A DNA stretch of 64,000 bases from Natronospirales bacterium (GTDB taxonomy: Bacteria; Pseudomonadota; Gammaproteobacteria; Natronospirales; JAIVGZ01): assembly GCA_020201335.1 (NCBI GenBank), contig JAIVGZ010000005.1, positions 45,099 to 109,098 of the forward strand, given 5' to 3'. The position numbers and the translations under genes are program-made. Below the pieces are notes generated by a model. It had not been told where the DNA came from. It saw only the letters and a list, made by a program, of their open reading frames with translations, and did not search any database. Shown in pieces: positions 40,004-50,758 of the stretch. Numbering within the stretch: position 1 is the stretch's first letter; every line of letters begins with the position of its first letter.

Positions 40004-42928
40004 ATGAGCGCAACACAGCATCCGCTCGAAGTCGAAGCGGTCATCTTCGACCTCGACGGCGTCCTGACGCGCACTGCCGACTTGCATGCCTCTGCATGGA
40101 AGGAGTCGTTCGATGCGTTCCTGCTCGAATGGTCTGAATCCCACTCGGTGCCGTTCCGCCCGTTCGACGCCGTCAGAGATTACCTCTCTTATGTAGACGG
40201 GCTGCCGCGCGCCGAAGGCGTGCGCCGCTTTCTGGAATCGCGCGGCATAGCGAGCGACGCTGATGAAGCCGCGGTCGCGCGCATCAGCGAGCACAAGACA
40301 CGAAGATTCAGGGAGCGCCTGCAGCGCGACGGTGTTGAGGTATTTCCCGATACGGTCGCGCTCGTCGAAGGTCTGCGGGCGCTCGGTGTCCGGATCGGGC
40401 TGGTCACTTCGAGCCGACACGGTCGCGAAATCCTCGAGACGACGGGGACAGAGCCGCTGTTCGACGCCGTGATTGACGGTAGCGACATTCAGACCGCCGG
40501 CCTGCGAGGGAAGCCGGCGCCCGACGCGTTCACTCGGTGTGCAGAGCTGCTCGATGTCGCGCCGGTGCACGCAGCGGTGTTCGAGGACGCTGTCGCGGGG
40601 GTCGCCGCAGCGAGGAACGGGAACTTTGGTTTGGTTGTCGGAGTGGACCGGGGCGGCAACCGAAAGGCACTACTTGAGGCTGGCGCCGACACTATCGTTG
40701 CCGGCGCCGGCGAACTCGACGCGCGTGCGCTCGACCAGGCATTCCGCGATTGCCGGGAGGGTGCCGCATGGCGCGTTGAACAGGAAGGCCTCGACCCGCT
40801 ACGCGAGCCTGCGATGGAGAGCCTGTTTGCGGTGGGAAACGGCTACATGGGCGTGCGCGGCGCACCTGACATTCTGCTGCCGGGTTCGCAGGGCGACCTG
40901 ATGGTCGCCGGTATCTACGACCGCAAGCATGCCGAGCGGCCATATTCGGAGCACGAGTTCCTGAACATCGGCGGCGACAGCCTGCACGCGGAACTGGTGT
41001 CCGCGCCGTTTCCCTTCCGGCTGAACCTGACTGCAGACGACAAGGAAATCGACGCGGCCAACCCGCTGTCATTTCGACGGACGCTGGAGCTGCGGACCGC
41101 GACGCTGCATACGGATGCTCGGTTCGGGCTTGGAGAGCGCAATGTCCTGGCGTTGCGTTCAATGCGTTGTGCGTCGGCCGACGACCATCACCTTTTAATG
41201 CAGGAGGTGGAACTCCGGTTTGAACACGAAGTCGCGGAATTGCATGTCGATGCATCGCTGGATGACCCCTATCTCACGAAAGACCATCCGCACCTCGTGG
41301 CGCTGCCGGTCGCGGCGGTGCCCGGGATTCAGCTGCAACGGTACGCGACGCAGGATTCCGGGTATGAAATCTGCATCGCGAGCCGCACTACGCTCGTCGG
41401 CAGTGGCGAGGACCGGTGCGATTGGGTGCTGCCCGCGGTCGCGCGCGAACCACTCTTGTTTCGCCGGTATGTCGTCGTTTACACGAGCCGTGATGGCATC
41501 CATGACCCGGGTGCAGCTGCGCTCACCCACCTTGCCCGGCTGCAATGGGTTGGGTTCGACGCCGCGCTGGAGCGTCACCACGAGCGGTGGGACCGCCTGT
41601 GGAAGAGCGCCGACGTGCGCATCGAGGGCGGCTACGCGGCCGAGCAGGCGCTGCGCTTCAATAGCTACCACCTGCACAGCACGGCTGCGCGCGATCCGCA
41701 TGTCTCGATCGGCGCGCGGGCGCTGAGCGGGCGCGCATACGAGGGGCACATCTTCTGGGATGTGGAAGTATTCATGCTGCCGTTCTACATCCATACCGAC
41801 CCACCCGCAGCGCGCAACGCGCTGCAATACCGCCTCCACACGCTGGACGGCGCGCGCGCTCGGGCGCTCGCGGGCGGACATCGCGGCGCGTCGTTTGCAT
41901 GGGAGTCCACGGTCACCGGCGAGGACGTGACGCCGCGCGTCATCCGCCTGAAATCGAGCGGCCGCGAGATTCCCATATTCACCGGTGCGCAGCAGATCCA
42001 CGTTACCGCCGATGTTGCATACGGCGTGTGCCGCTACTGGGAAGGGACCGGTGACGACGCCTTCATGCGCGACGCCGGCGTCGAGATCCTGTGCGAGACC
42101 GCGCGGTATTGGGTGACCCGATGCGTCGACGGACCATTGCAGCGGCACATCCGTGGCGTCGTCGGCCCCGACGAGTATCACCACTCGGTGGACGACAATG
42201 CGTACACGAACTGGATGGTCCGCTACAACCTCGAGCAGGCGCGGCGCGCAGCCGCGTGGCTCGAGCGCGAGTACCCCGACGCTTGGCATGCGTTGGTCGA
42301 ACGCATCGCGCTGCACCCCGGCGAGCCGGCCGATTGGACGCACGTCGCGGAAACGCTGTATTGCCCAACGCCCGGAGCCAACGGCGTCATCGAGCAGTTC
42401 GCAGGTTTCTTCGACCTGGAAGACTACCCGCTCCCTGCCGAGGAACGGCTGCAGGCACCGGTGCACCGGTTATTCGACTGGGACCGGATCAACCGACTGA
42501 AGCTGATCAAGCAGGCGGATGTCCTGATGCTGCCATTCCTGTTCCCGGAACGGTTCAGCGACGAAGTGCTCGCCGCAAACTACAACTATTACGAGCCGCT
42601 GACCGACCATGGAAGCAGCCTGTCGCCGGCCGTTCACGCAGCGCTGGCCGCGCGGCTCGGCCTCAGCACTGCGGCGCGACGCTACTGGCGGCAGAGCCTG
42701 TGGCTCGACCTTTCGAACGTGATGACGAACAGTGCGTTGGGCGTGCATCCGGCGTGCATGGGTGGAACCTGGCAGGCGTTGGTATATGGTTTTCTGGGGG
42801 TAACCGTCGGTGACGGCGGGCCAGTGGTTTCGGCAGATGCTCCGAACCGACTGCCCGCCGGCTGGCGCTCGGTCCGCACCAATGTAAGGTGGCGCGGCCG
42901 TGACTACCTGTTGGAGGTGGAGCGTTGA
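40004..42928 (+). CDS. beta-phosphoglucomutase (HAD) fused to GH65 phosphorylase
   Basis: FDLDGV, KPAPD, FEDA; GNGYMGVRG, YEGHIFWD, GPDEYH, KQADV, HGSSLS. Confidence 0.9.
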   Translation: MSATQHPLEVEAVIFDLDGVLTRTADLHASAWKESFDAFLLEWSESHSVPFRPFDAVRDYLSYVDGLPRAEGVRRFLESRGIASDADEAAVARISEHKTRRFRERLQRDGVEVFPDTVALVEGLRALGVRIGLVTSSRHGREILETTGTEPLFDAVIDGSDIQTAGLRGKPAPDAFTRCAELLDVAPVHAAVFEDAVAGVAAARNGNFGLVVGVDRGGNRKALLEAGADTIVAGAGELDARALDQAFRDCREGAAWRVEQEGLDPLREPAMESLFAVGNGYMGVRGAPDILLPGSQGDLMVAGIYDRKHAERPYSEHEFLNIGGDSLHAELVSAPFPFRLNLTADDKEIDAANPLSFRRTLELRTATLHTDARFGLGERNVLALRSMRCASADDHHLLMQEVELRFEHEVAELHVDASLDDPYLTKDHPHLVALPVAAVPGIQLQRYATQDSGYEICIASRTTLVGSGEDRCDWVLPAVAREPLLFRRYVVVYTSRDGIHDPGAAALTHLARLQWVGFDAALERHHERWDRLWKSADVRIEGGYAAEQALRFNSYHLHSTAARDPHVSIGARALSGRAYEGHIFWDVEVFMLPFYIHTDPPAARNALQYRLHTLDGARARALAGGHRGASFAWESTVTGEDVTPRVIRLKSSGREIPIFTGAQQIHVTADVAYGVCRYWEGTGDDAFMRDAGVEILCETARYWVTRCVDGPLQRHIRGVVGPDEYHHSVDDNAYTNWMVRYNLEQARRAAAWLEREYPDAWHALVERIALHPGEPADWTHVAETLYCPTPGANGVIEQFAGFFDLEDYPLPAEERLQAPVHRLFDWDRINRLKLIKQADVLMLPFLFPERFSDEVLAANYNYYEPLTDHGSSLSPAVHAALAARLGLSTAARRYWRQSLWLDLSNVMTNSALGVHPACMGGTWQALVYGFLGVTVGDGGPVVSADAPNRLPAGWRSVRTNVRWRGRDYLLEVER

Positions 42929-43845
42929 AAGGATCATCAATCGGGCTAGCAGCTGACCTCGGCGGAACGCACGCAAGATTTTTGCTTAACGCGGGCGGAC
43001 TGCGACGCGTGAAGCTTGAGGCACGCGCGCACGATTCTATCGAGTCGGTGCTCGCCGCCGCGCTTGCCGAGCTGAAAGTTGACCCGCGCGGCCTCGACGT
43101 CGCGCTGGCGGTAGCTGGCCCGGTACGCGACGACCATGCGCAGTTCACCAATCTCAATTGGCAGGCGGATGCTGAGGCACTCGTTGGACGCTTCGGGTTC
43201 CGGCGCGTGCTGTTGCTGAACGACGTCGAAGCGGCAGCGCGTGCCGCTGCTGTCGGTTTGCCGGACGGTGCAGCCGTGGTCCACGCGGCACCAGACGATG
43301 CTGCGTCGCGGCACGCGCTGGTCAGCATTGGCACAGGCCTTGGCGTCGCGTACTGGCACGGGACGCGCGTGCAGCCGAGTGAGGCTGGGCATGCGGGGTT
43401 CGCGCCGGCGCCGGGTTGGCCGACGCAACTTGCCGTCGCGCTCGGCGCAGAAACGCAACGCATAACCTGGGAACGGGTACTGTCGGGCTCCGGGTTGTGC
43501 GCTGTGTTCGCGCAATTGCAGGGGGCAAAGGGCGTGGACGCCGCATCGGTAACGCGAGCTGCCGCCGCTGGAGAGCCGGACGCCCTCGTGGCGGTATCCC
43601 GCTTCGCGTACCTGCTGGGGCTATTTGTGGGTGACACGGTGCTCGCGGCCCCGGCCCCGGGCGGCGTGCTGTTGGCAGGCGGGGTTATCGCCGGGCTGTC
43701 GGCGGTGTTTGACGGCACTGCATTTGCCGACGGCTACCTGAAAGGTCGGCAACTGGCCGAAATCGTCGCCCAAGCGCCGGTTTGGCGCACCGATTTAGAC
43801 GAATTGGCCTTGCACGGGGCCCTGGCAGCCCTGGCGAGGACCTAG
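42925..43845 (+). CDS. glk: glucokinase
   Basis: ADLGGTHARF, AGPV, TNLNW, LLNDVEA, GTGLG, SEAGH, ERVLSGSG. Confidence 0.82.
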   Translation: MKGSSIGLAADLGGTHARFLLNAGGLRRVKLEARAHDSIESVLAAALAELKVDPRGLDVALAVAGPVRDDHAQFTNLNWQADAEALVGRFGFRRVLLLNDVEAAARAAAVGLPDGAAVVHAAPDDAASRHALVSIGTGLGVAYWHGTRVQPSEAGHAGFAPAPGWPTQLAVALGAETQRITWERVLSGSGLCAVFAQLQGAKGVDAASVTRAAAAGEPDALVAVSRFAYLLGLFVGDTVLAAPAPGGVLLAGGVIAGLSAVFDGTAFADGYLKGRQLAEIVAQAPVWRTDLDELALHGALAALART

Positions 43846-43917
43846 AGTGCGCAACCGAACCGACGCCCAGCCCCGCAGCCTCTAGCCTGTATTTAAACCG
43901 GCACAGGAGTAAAAGTC

Positions 43918-44187
43918 ATGGGATTCATCGCATACCTGATCGTGGGCGGCATCGTTGGCTGGCTCGCGAGCATCATTATGGGCCGCAACAATCAGATGGG
44001 TATCATCCTGAATGTCGTGGTCGGCATCGTGGGCGCATTTCTGGGTGGCCTGCTGATTTCCCCGCTAGTAGGGGTCGGGACCATCGACGACGGTCTGACC
44101 GTCGGCAGTTTCCTCGTCTCGCTGATCGGCGCGATCATCCTGCTCGCAATTGTGGGTCTGTTCACCGGTCGGAAGTCGACCGTCTAG
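43918..44187 (+). CDS. GlsB/YeaQ/YmgE stress-response membrane protein
   Basis: GGIVGWLAS..NVVVGIVGAFLGG..GAIILL. Confidence 0.9.
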   Translation: MGFIAYLIVGGIVGWLASIIMGRNNQMGIILNVVVGIVGAFLGGLLISPLVGVGTIDDGLTVGSFLVSLIGAIILLAIVGLFTGRKSTV

Positions 44188-44201
44188 CCTGCCCGAAAGC
44201 G

Positions 44202-44235
44202 GCCCGGCATCGCAGACGCGATGCCGGGCTTTTTT
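44202..44235 (+). terminator. intrinsic terminator
   Basis: 12-bp stem GCCCGGCATCGC/GCGATGCCGGGC followed by T6. Confidence 0.88.
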
Positions 44236-44532
44236 GTGTCAATTTTTAATAAAAACAATAAGTTAGAAAAATTACCGCTCACCCATTTAGCCATCAAACG
44301 ACCCGTTGTTTTTATGCAACACCAGTGATTGAGGGACGTTGCGAAAGAGCCAAAAGCCATATTTTCCGGGCCTCTTTCGCCGCCTTTATCGCCACAATAG
44401 GCGTTGCGAAATACCAACTATTTTCCGAAAAAGCCTTTTCTTCCGGGAAATCCGGTGCTAGTCTCGGTTCGTCCAAACGCGTGTCGGTGGTTTTCGCCGA
44501 CACTACTGAAACACTATTGGGAGAGAGTCCTA

Positions 44533-47446
44533 ATGAAGCACAAGCGAAATCCTATTGCTGCGGCAGTGAACTACGCCCTGGGGGCGGGTGCACTGGCCGG
44601 CATGGTGATGACGAGTGCACCGGCATTTGCACAGGAAGAAGACACCGCGCTTGAACAGCGGGTCCAGGTCACCGGCTCGCGCATTAAGCGCGTAGACGTT
44701 GAAACCACTTCCCCGGTCACGATTGTCACCAGCGAGCAGATCCTCGCCAGCGGTCTCCAGAACGTTGGTGACGTGCTGCGTAACCTTAACCAGGCCGACT
44801 CGCTCGGTCTTTCGAACCTGACCAACTCGACGAACGGCAACGACGGCACGCAGACGATTTCACTGCGCGGCCTCGGTTCCACCCGTACGCTGGTCCTCGT
44901 CAACGGGCGCCGGTGGATTGGTCTCGGTGGCGGCCAGGTCGACATCACCCAGATTCCGGTAGCCCTTGTTGAGCGCATCGAAGTGCTCGCAGACGGTGCA
45001 TCGGCGATTTACGGTTCCGACGCAATCGCGGGCGTGATCAACATCATCACGCGTGACGATTACGACGGCCTCGAAGTCGAGATGAGCCTGGGTGCGAGCT
45101 TCGAAGGCGACGGCGAAGTCACGACCGTCGGTGCGACGCTCGGCGTGTCCGGTTCGCGTTCCAGCACGTACTTCAACGTGTCGAAGACCGAGCAGCAGTC
45201 GATTGGCGCTGGCGACCGTGCGATCTCCGAGTTCCCGGTGCAGTTCGTACCGCTCGCGTTCGGCAGCTCGTTCAGCGAGTACGGCCGTTTCGCGGCACCC
45301 GGCTTTTCGACCGTAACGCTGCGTCAGGACCGTGAGATTGAAGGCCTGCAGCCGCAGGACCGCACGCCGCAGGACTTCATCCCGCTGACGTCGGACAACG
45401 CCTTCAACTTCGCGCCAGAGAACTACCTGCTGACGCCGTCGGACCGTCTGACGGCATTCGCCGGTGGTCACTTCGACGTAACGGACAACGTGCGGGCGTA
45501 CGCGCAGTTCACGTACAACCAGCGGAAGTCGGAGACGCGCATCGCATCGGTGCCGCTGACGATTGGCGTGTCCGGTCCGCAGTGGGCGTTCCCGTACTCG
45601 GCTCAGAACATCTACAACCCGTTCGGCATCGACCTGACCCAGATTGGTTTCCGTACGACGCCGCTGGGTCCGCGTACGAACATCCAGGACTTCGACACCT
45701 ACTTCGGCACGGGTGGCCTCGAAGGCTTCTTTACCTTCGCCGACCGTACGATCGACTGGGACGTGTTCTACTCGCGCGGCGAGGCGAGCCGCTTCTCGCG
45801 TGGCATCAATTTCGTCAACCTGCTGAACCTGAGCCGCGCGATGGGCCCGTCGTTCATCGATGCCGGCGGCAACCGCCTGTGCGGTACGCCGGGTAACGTG
45901 ATTGCAGGTTGTGTGCCGATCAACTTCTTCAACGGCATCTCCGGCGTCACGGTCGCAATGGCGGAGTACATCCGCGGCGACCTCAACCAGCAGGAGAAGT
46001 CGGGCATCGTAAACTACGGCGTCAACTTCACCGGCGACATCATCGACATGCCGGCGGGCGCGCTCCTCTCCGGACTCGCTGATCGTCGCGGGTCTGAACT
46101 CCACGAACTTCCGCGAGCCCACGAGTGGCGAGCAGCAGGTCGACGAGTTCTACGCTGAGTTCGCAATCCCGTTGCTGCGCGACATGCCGGGAGCCCAGAT
46201 GCTGGAGTTCACGGCTGCTGTCCGCACGTCGGATTACACCAACAACGGCCTGATCGGCCTCAACCCGCTCGAGCGCGAGTTCGACAACACCAGCACGAAG
46301 TTCGGCATTCTGTGGCAGCCGTTCGAAGACCTGCTGGTGCGTGCGAACATCGCGGAGACGTTCCGTGCGCCGCCGGTCTCGACGATGTTCGGCGGTGGTA
46401 GCGAGAGCTTCAACACCGTCACGGACCCGTGCACGAACGCGGCGTTCCTGAACAACCCCTATGGGCAGCTAACGGCGGCAGAGCAGGCAAGCTGTCATGC
46501 CAACGGCGTGCCGGTGGGCGGTGCTCCGCAGTTGACCGCGCAGATCAGAAACCTGGTCGGCGGCAACCCGAACGTGCTGCCAGAGAGTGGCGACACGACG
46601 ACGGTAGGCTTCGTCTACAACCCAGGCTACCTGCCCAACTTCGACGTCAGCGTCGACTACTGGCGCATCGAGATGGAAGACGTGCTGTCTTCGCGGTCGC
46701 CGAACTCGATCCTCAACGGCTGCTTGGGCTTCGGTGGCGTAACCGCTAACCCGGCCGACTGCTTGTTCATCGAGCGTGCCGGTGACGGCCAGATTCGGAC
46801 GCTGCGTCGTGGCTCCGGTAACCTGGCGTTCATCGACCTCTCGGGCGTCGACATGAACACCAACTACCGCTTCGATACGGCGGACATGGGTTCATTCTCG
46901 ATGCGGCTGAACCTGTCGTGGACCCGCGAAGCGCTTCTGACCACCGGTAACCTGGCGGCGGCGCAGAACGTCGTCAGCCGGGCGGAAGGTGCGTTCGGTG
47001 GGCCGACCTGGCGTCTGCGCGGCAACCTGACCACCAACTGGATGTTCGGTGACTTCGGTGTCGCATGGACGATCCGTTACCTGTCGGGCCTGAGCGAAAA
47101 CTGCCAGGGTGCTGATGGTCTCGGACCGGACGGCGCAGGCCTCGCGACCCGCGAGCTGTGCTCGGACGTGAACGCGCGGGCGAGCGACCGCCGTGCGGCA
47201 CGTGACGCGGATGGCAACGTCATCCCGAACTCCGGTCCGCGGGCGATCAACGACGTCGGCTCGGTCTTCTACCACGACCTGTCGGCGTCCTGGCGTGCAC
47301 CGTGGAATGCCACGGTCCGTCTCGGTCTGCGTAACGCGTTCCGGAAGGATCCGCCGTTCATGATCAGCCCGTTCGCGAACTCGTTCGACCAGGCATACGA
47401 CATTCCAGGTGGTTTCTGGTTCCTGTCGTACCGTCAGTCGCTGTAA
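44533..47446 (+). pseudogene. TonB-dependent receptor, frameshifted near 46067
   Basis: VTGSRIKR, ISLRGLG..RTLVLVNGRR, GASAIYGSDAIAGVINIIT; barrel continues in another frame (SPDSLIVAG..EFYAEFAIPL). Confidence 0.85.
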
Positions 47447-47454
47447 GCAACGAT

Positions 47455-47478
47455 GTAGGAGCGGCCCTCCGGCCGCGA
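47455..47478 (+). repeat. GTAG-family REP-like element
   Basis: GTAGGA-GCGGCC-CTCC-GGCCGC-GA. Confidence 0.7.
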
Positions 47479-47493
47479 ATACAAGATGTAACG

Positions 47494-47524
47494 CCACGGC
47501 CCCGCAAGGGGCCGTGGTTTTTTT
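47494..47524 (+). terminator. intrinsic terminator after the TonB receptor
   Basis: CCACGGCCCC-GCAA-GGGGCCGTGG followed by T7. Confidence 0.9.
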
Positions 47525-47553
47525 ATGGATGTGCTCTGCTAAAGTTTCGACCC

Positions 47554-48261
47554 ATGGATATCGAACGACTCGAGCTTTTCAGCATCCCGGTGTGGCGCTC
47601 CCGAATCCCGGAGATGGAGCCGCACGACGCGGAACTGGACGAATGGATCGAGTATGAGTGGCAGCAAGGCTCGTTCCAGCGCGGCGCGTACGGGTACGGT
47701 TACCAGAGCCCCGACAACCTCTATGTGCCTGCGGTGCTCGACGGCAGCCCAGCATTGCAGACCCTGAAGCGGGCTTTCCAGGAAAGGGTGATGGCCGTGC
47801 TGAAGCAGCGTGTGAACCAGAGCGTAAAGCTGCCACCCGAGGCTTACGCGTTCACCGCGTGGGCGCTGGTGCAGACGAACGAGGAATGGACCAATGGCCC
47901 TTGGCACGACCATTTCCCTGCGGTGGTCAGCGGCTGCTATTACCTGCGCGTGCCGGAAACGGAAACCGAAGGTGAAGGCGCGCTCGCGTTCATGCGCCCG
48001 GGTACGCCCGATGCGTTCTCGAACCTTATCGATTACGTGAAGCCGCGGCAGGGCGACTTCATCATGTTCCCGTCGAACCTGCTGCACCGCCCGGTGCCTT
48101 GTCCGTCGGCGACCGGGCTACGGGTGTCGATCAATATGGACTGTTACATCCATTGGGCACACTGGAACGAGGACGGAAAGCCGCAACCGGATTCTGAAGA
48201 ATGGATGGCGCGGGTGCGTGACTCGGTGAATCCTATTTCGCCACGTGGAACCAGGCGTTGA
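47554..48261 (+). CDS. putative 2OG-Fe(II) oxygenase (TIGR02466-like)
   Basis: LFSIPVW, HDH..VSGCYY, FPSNLLH.P..RVSI. Confidence 0.8.
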   Translation: MDIERLELFSIPVWRSRIPEMEPHDAELDEWIEYEWQQGSFQRGAYGYGYQSPDNLYVPAVLDGSPALQTLKRAFQERVMAVLKQRVNQSVKLPPEAYAFTAWALVQTNEEWTNGPWHDHFPAVVSGCYYLRVPETETEGEGALAFMRPGTPDAFSNLIDYVKPRQGDFIMFPSNLLHRPVPCPSATGLRVSINMDCYIHWAHWNEDGKPQPDSEEWMARVRDSVNPISPRGTRR

Positions 48262-48898
48262 ACGCGACCGTGATGCGCTCGCCCTCGCCGAGGAACGGCT
48301 TCACCTCGTGCAGCAGCCATGACGGGAACATCACCAACTGCCCTGCCTCGAGCCGGTAGCTGCGGCTGTTCATCGAATAGGGCTCCTGTAGGTGGGCATT
48401 GCCGGCATCGACGAACATGGTGTTCATCACGAACGGGTTGATGAAATTGAGCAGCCCGCTGTCGGCGCTGCTGGCATCGTGCGTGCCACCGCTGACGCAA
48501 TAGACGCCCGACCATGACGCCATCGGGTGGTTGTGGATGCCGAAGTAGCCACCGCGGCGCGTGACGTGGAACCAGGCGTCGGCGCCGATGCGCAGTTTTT
48601 TGATGAATGCCTCGTCGTAAGCATTCATGCCGGCGACCGTCCGGGTCAGGCTATCCCAGCAGAAGTCCCGCAGCCGCGTGATGCACGGCTCGGTCCACTT
48701 GAACAGGTCGAAGTTGCTCTCGAACAGCTGCGTATTGCGTTGCGTGTACGGGTTTGGGTTCGCGTGGCGCGGCCCTTCCGCCTCCCGCGCGATGAACAGG
48801 TCGCGTAATTCGGCGTTCAGCCCGTCGTCGGCGCGGTTTCCGAAAACGACCGGCACCGAAAACCCCGGGCGGATGTGTAGCGGCGAAGGCTCGTTCAC
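48233..48898 (-). CDS. putative 2OG-Fe(II) oxygenase (TIGR02466-like)
   Basis: HNHPMASWSGVY, FPSWLLHEV, RITVAFN; GTG start overlaps upstream stop. Confidence 0.82.
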   Translation of the reverse strand: MNEPSPLHIRPGFSVPVVFGNRADDGLNAELRDLFIAREAEGPRHANPNPYTQRNTQLFESNFDLFKWTEPCITRLRDFCWDSLTRTVAGMNAYDEAFIKKLRIGADAWFHVTRRGGYFGIHNHPMASWSGVYCVSGGTHDASSADSGLLNFINPFVMNTMFVDAGNAHLQEPYSMNSRSYRLEAGQLVMFPSWLLHEVKPFLGEGERITVAFNAWFHVAK

Positions 48899-49995
48899 CG
48901 GACTATCGCCTTGCTTCTGAACCATAATGAGGCCACCCATTTTTCGCCGGTTTCCACCGGCAGGCTTGCATGGAGACTGTCGTGCCGCGGCTGCTCGTCG
49001 GCGTCCGTGTTTTCGAAGCATACCGCGCGGCCGCGCACTGCAGCGATCGTGATGCCGAGCTCGGGAAACGTCAGCGCGCCGCCGTGCTCCGGCGTGTTGA
49101 GGTACAGCAGCACGGTGTGGGTGCGCTGGCCGAAACGCTGCAGGTGGCTGGCGTCGGCTTGGGTCGCAGCCGGCAGCCAGTCGCCGTGCGGCCGGTATTC
49201 CTGACCCGGCAGGTAATGGAGGATAGCGAGTGGCTCAATGTGGCTGACGGGAAGACCGGCGAGCCCGGACAACTGAAACAGCAAAGCCTCGGCGACCGGG
49301 TCGTCGGCACCACGTGGCAGTTGTGCGCTGAAACTTGTGCGGTGCGGATGCGGACGCCGTTCGCCGGTGACCGGGTCCAGTACGAGCGCCGCATTTAGCC
49401 CGTGCTCGCGTGCTGCCTCGCGGAGGTAGCCGCACGCGATCGGCCCAGCTGCGTCATCGCGGGTGCCGACTGGTACTTCTGCGCGTTCGAGGCGCGGTTC
49501 GGCCCGTGCGAGCCCGGCGAGCGCCTGTCCGATGAGGTCGCGTAGCGTCGGTATCGGCGTGCGTTCACCAGCGCCCAGCGCAGCCGCAACTGGATCGCCA
49601 CGCTGCGCCGCTTCGCCCAGCACTGCTTGCGCGGCCGCGGCGCCGGCGTGCTCGAGCACAACCGCCAGCCAAGTCCAGCCACGTGCTTCGTCCGCTGCGA
49701 TGCGGCGCAGCGCCGCGCGCAATGCCGAAGCCCATGCGTCGCCGGCGCCGAGCGGTTCGATCGCGGAGAACAGCGCCGCCAGCTCGCGGGGCTCATCACA
49801 TCGAAGCGACAGTACGCGATTTTGGGCTGCTTCCGTCACGGTGAGCATTGCGCCTGCGCGCGCGAGCACCGCGCCTGCCGGGACGAACGCAGGGTCATCT
49901 GGGTCAAGGCCCCGGTGTACGCGCGCTGCACGCGCGACCCGGCCTTCCGCCAGCAGGCGCTCGATTCCGGCAGTCGTCACGAGGGCATCGCTCAT
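48895..49995 (-). CDS. prolyl-4-hydroxylase-like 2OG-Fe(II) oxygenase with helical N-terminus
   Basis: Y.PGQEYRPHGD, GQRTHT.LLYLN, GG..FP, HASLPV..GEKW. Confidence 0.82.
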   Translation of the reverse strand: MSDALVTTAGIERLLAEGRVARAARVHRGLDPDDPAFVPAGAVLARAGAMLTVTEAAQNRVLSLRCDEPRELAALFSAIEPLGAGDAWASALRAALRRIAADEARGWTWLAVVLEHAGAAAAQAVLGEAAQRGDPVAAALGAGERTPIPTLRDLIGQALAGLARAEPRLERAEVPVGTRDDAAGPIACGYLREAAREHGLNAALVLDPVTGERRPHPHRTSFSAQLPRGADDPVAEALLFQLSGLAGLPVSHIEPLAILHYLPGQEYRPHGDWLPAATQADASHLQRFGQRTHTVLLYLNTPEHGGALTFPELGITIAAVRGRAVCFENTDADEQPRHDSLHASLPVETGEKWVASLWFRSKAIVR

Positions 49996-50059
49996 CGTCC
50001 GGTAGTTTACCGTAGCGGGCGGCTGGCCCCACGGCGGTGCGGTTTGTTAGCGTGCACTT

Positions 50060-50758
50060 ATGACACAGGTCACGCCCCGAACTGGTTGGCCGCTGGCGCC
50101 CCTGACGCTCGCGGTCGGCGCCATCCCGTTCATCGTCGTGCACATCGCGTGGCTGATGTCACTGCGGTCCGGTTATATCGATGCCTGCAACCCTTATCTC
50201 GCCGGCTGCACTTCAATCAGCGCAGCGGCCCGGCACGGCGCCCCGAATGTGCTGTTCAAGGCGGTCATGTTGCCGTACACAACGCTCCTGCTCGCGTATT
50301 GGCTAGCGGCGGCTCACTGGCTTAGCCTGGTTGGTGGGCGCAGCCGCATGGTCGCGTGGATTGTGCCGCTCGCCGTCGCTGCATCGGCCTTCCTGGCCCT
50401 CTACGCGGTGTTCCTCGGCAGCGACGGACATTTCTACCAGTTGATGCGACGGTACGGCGTGATGGTGTATTTCGCCGGCAGCTTTTTCGCGCAGCTGCTG
50501 TTCGCGCTACGGCTCTCGACGCTAGCGCGCGCCGGACGATTTCCGTCGCGATGGATCCCGCGGACAAAGCTGGCACTCTCGTTGGTCGTGCTCGCGCTCG
50601 GGCTGACGAACTACACTGGCGCGTTGCTGCTGGACGACAAAAACGCCCTTGAAAACGCGATCGAATGGCAGGCCGCACTGCTGATGTCGGCCTGGTACCT
50701 GGTCACCTGGGCGGCGTGGCGTGGCGACGGCTACCGCGTCGACGCCGGTCGGGGCTAA
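50060..50758 (+). CDS. conserved membrane protein (Frag1/DRAM-like)
   Basis: CNPYLAGCTSISAAAR, about 6 TM, ENAIEW. Confidence 0.6.
   Translation: MTQVTPRTGWPLAPLTLAVGAIPFIVVHIAWLMSLRSGYIDACNPYLAGCTSISAAARHGAPNVLFKAVMLPYTTLLLAYWLAAAHWLSLVGGRSRMVAWIVPLAVAASAFLALYAVFLGSDGHFYQLMRRYGVMVYFAGSFFAQLLFALRLSTLARAGRFPSRWIPRTKLALSLVVLALGLTNYTGALLLDDKNALENAIEWQAALLMSAWYLVTWAAWRGDGYRVDAGRG

Noticed and set aside
41195-46122. Long antisense ORFs (423, 351 and 420 aa)
   Set aside because: Shadows of GH65, glk and the TonB receptor, expected at high GC; no motifs
46060-46172. Programmed frameshift or phase variation in the TonB receptor
   Set aside because: No slippery run or tandem repeat, and residues seem to be missing, so a deletion or assembly error is more likely
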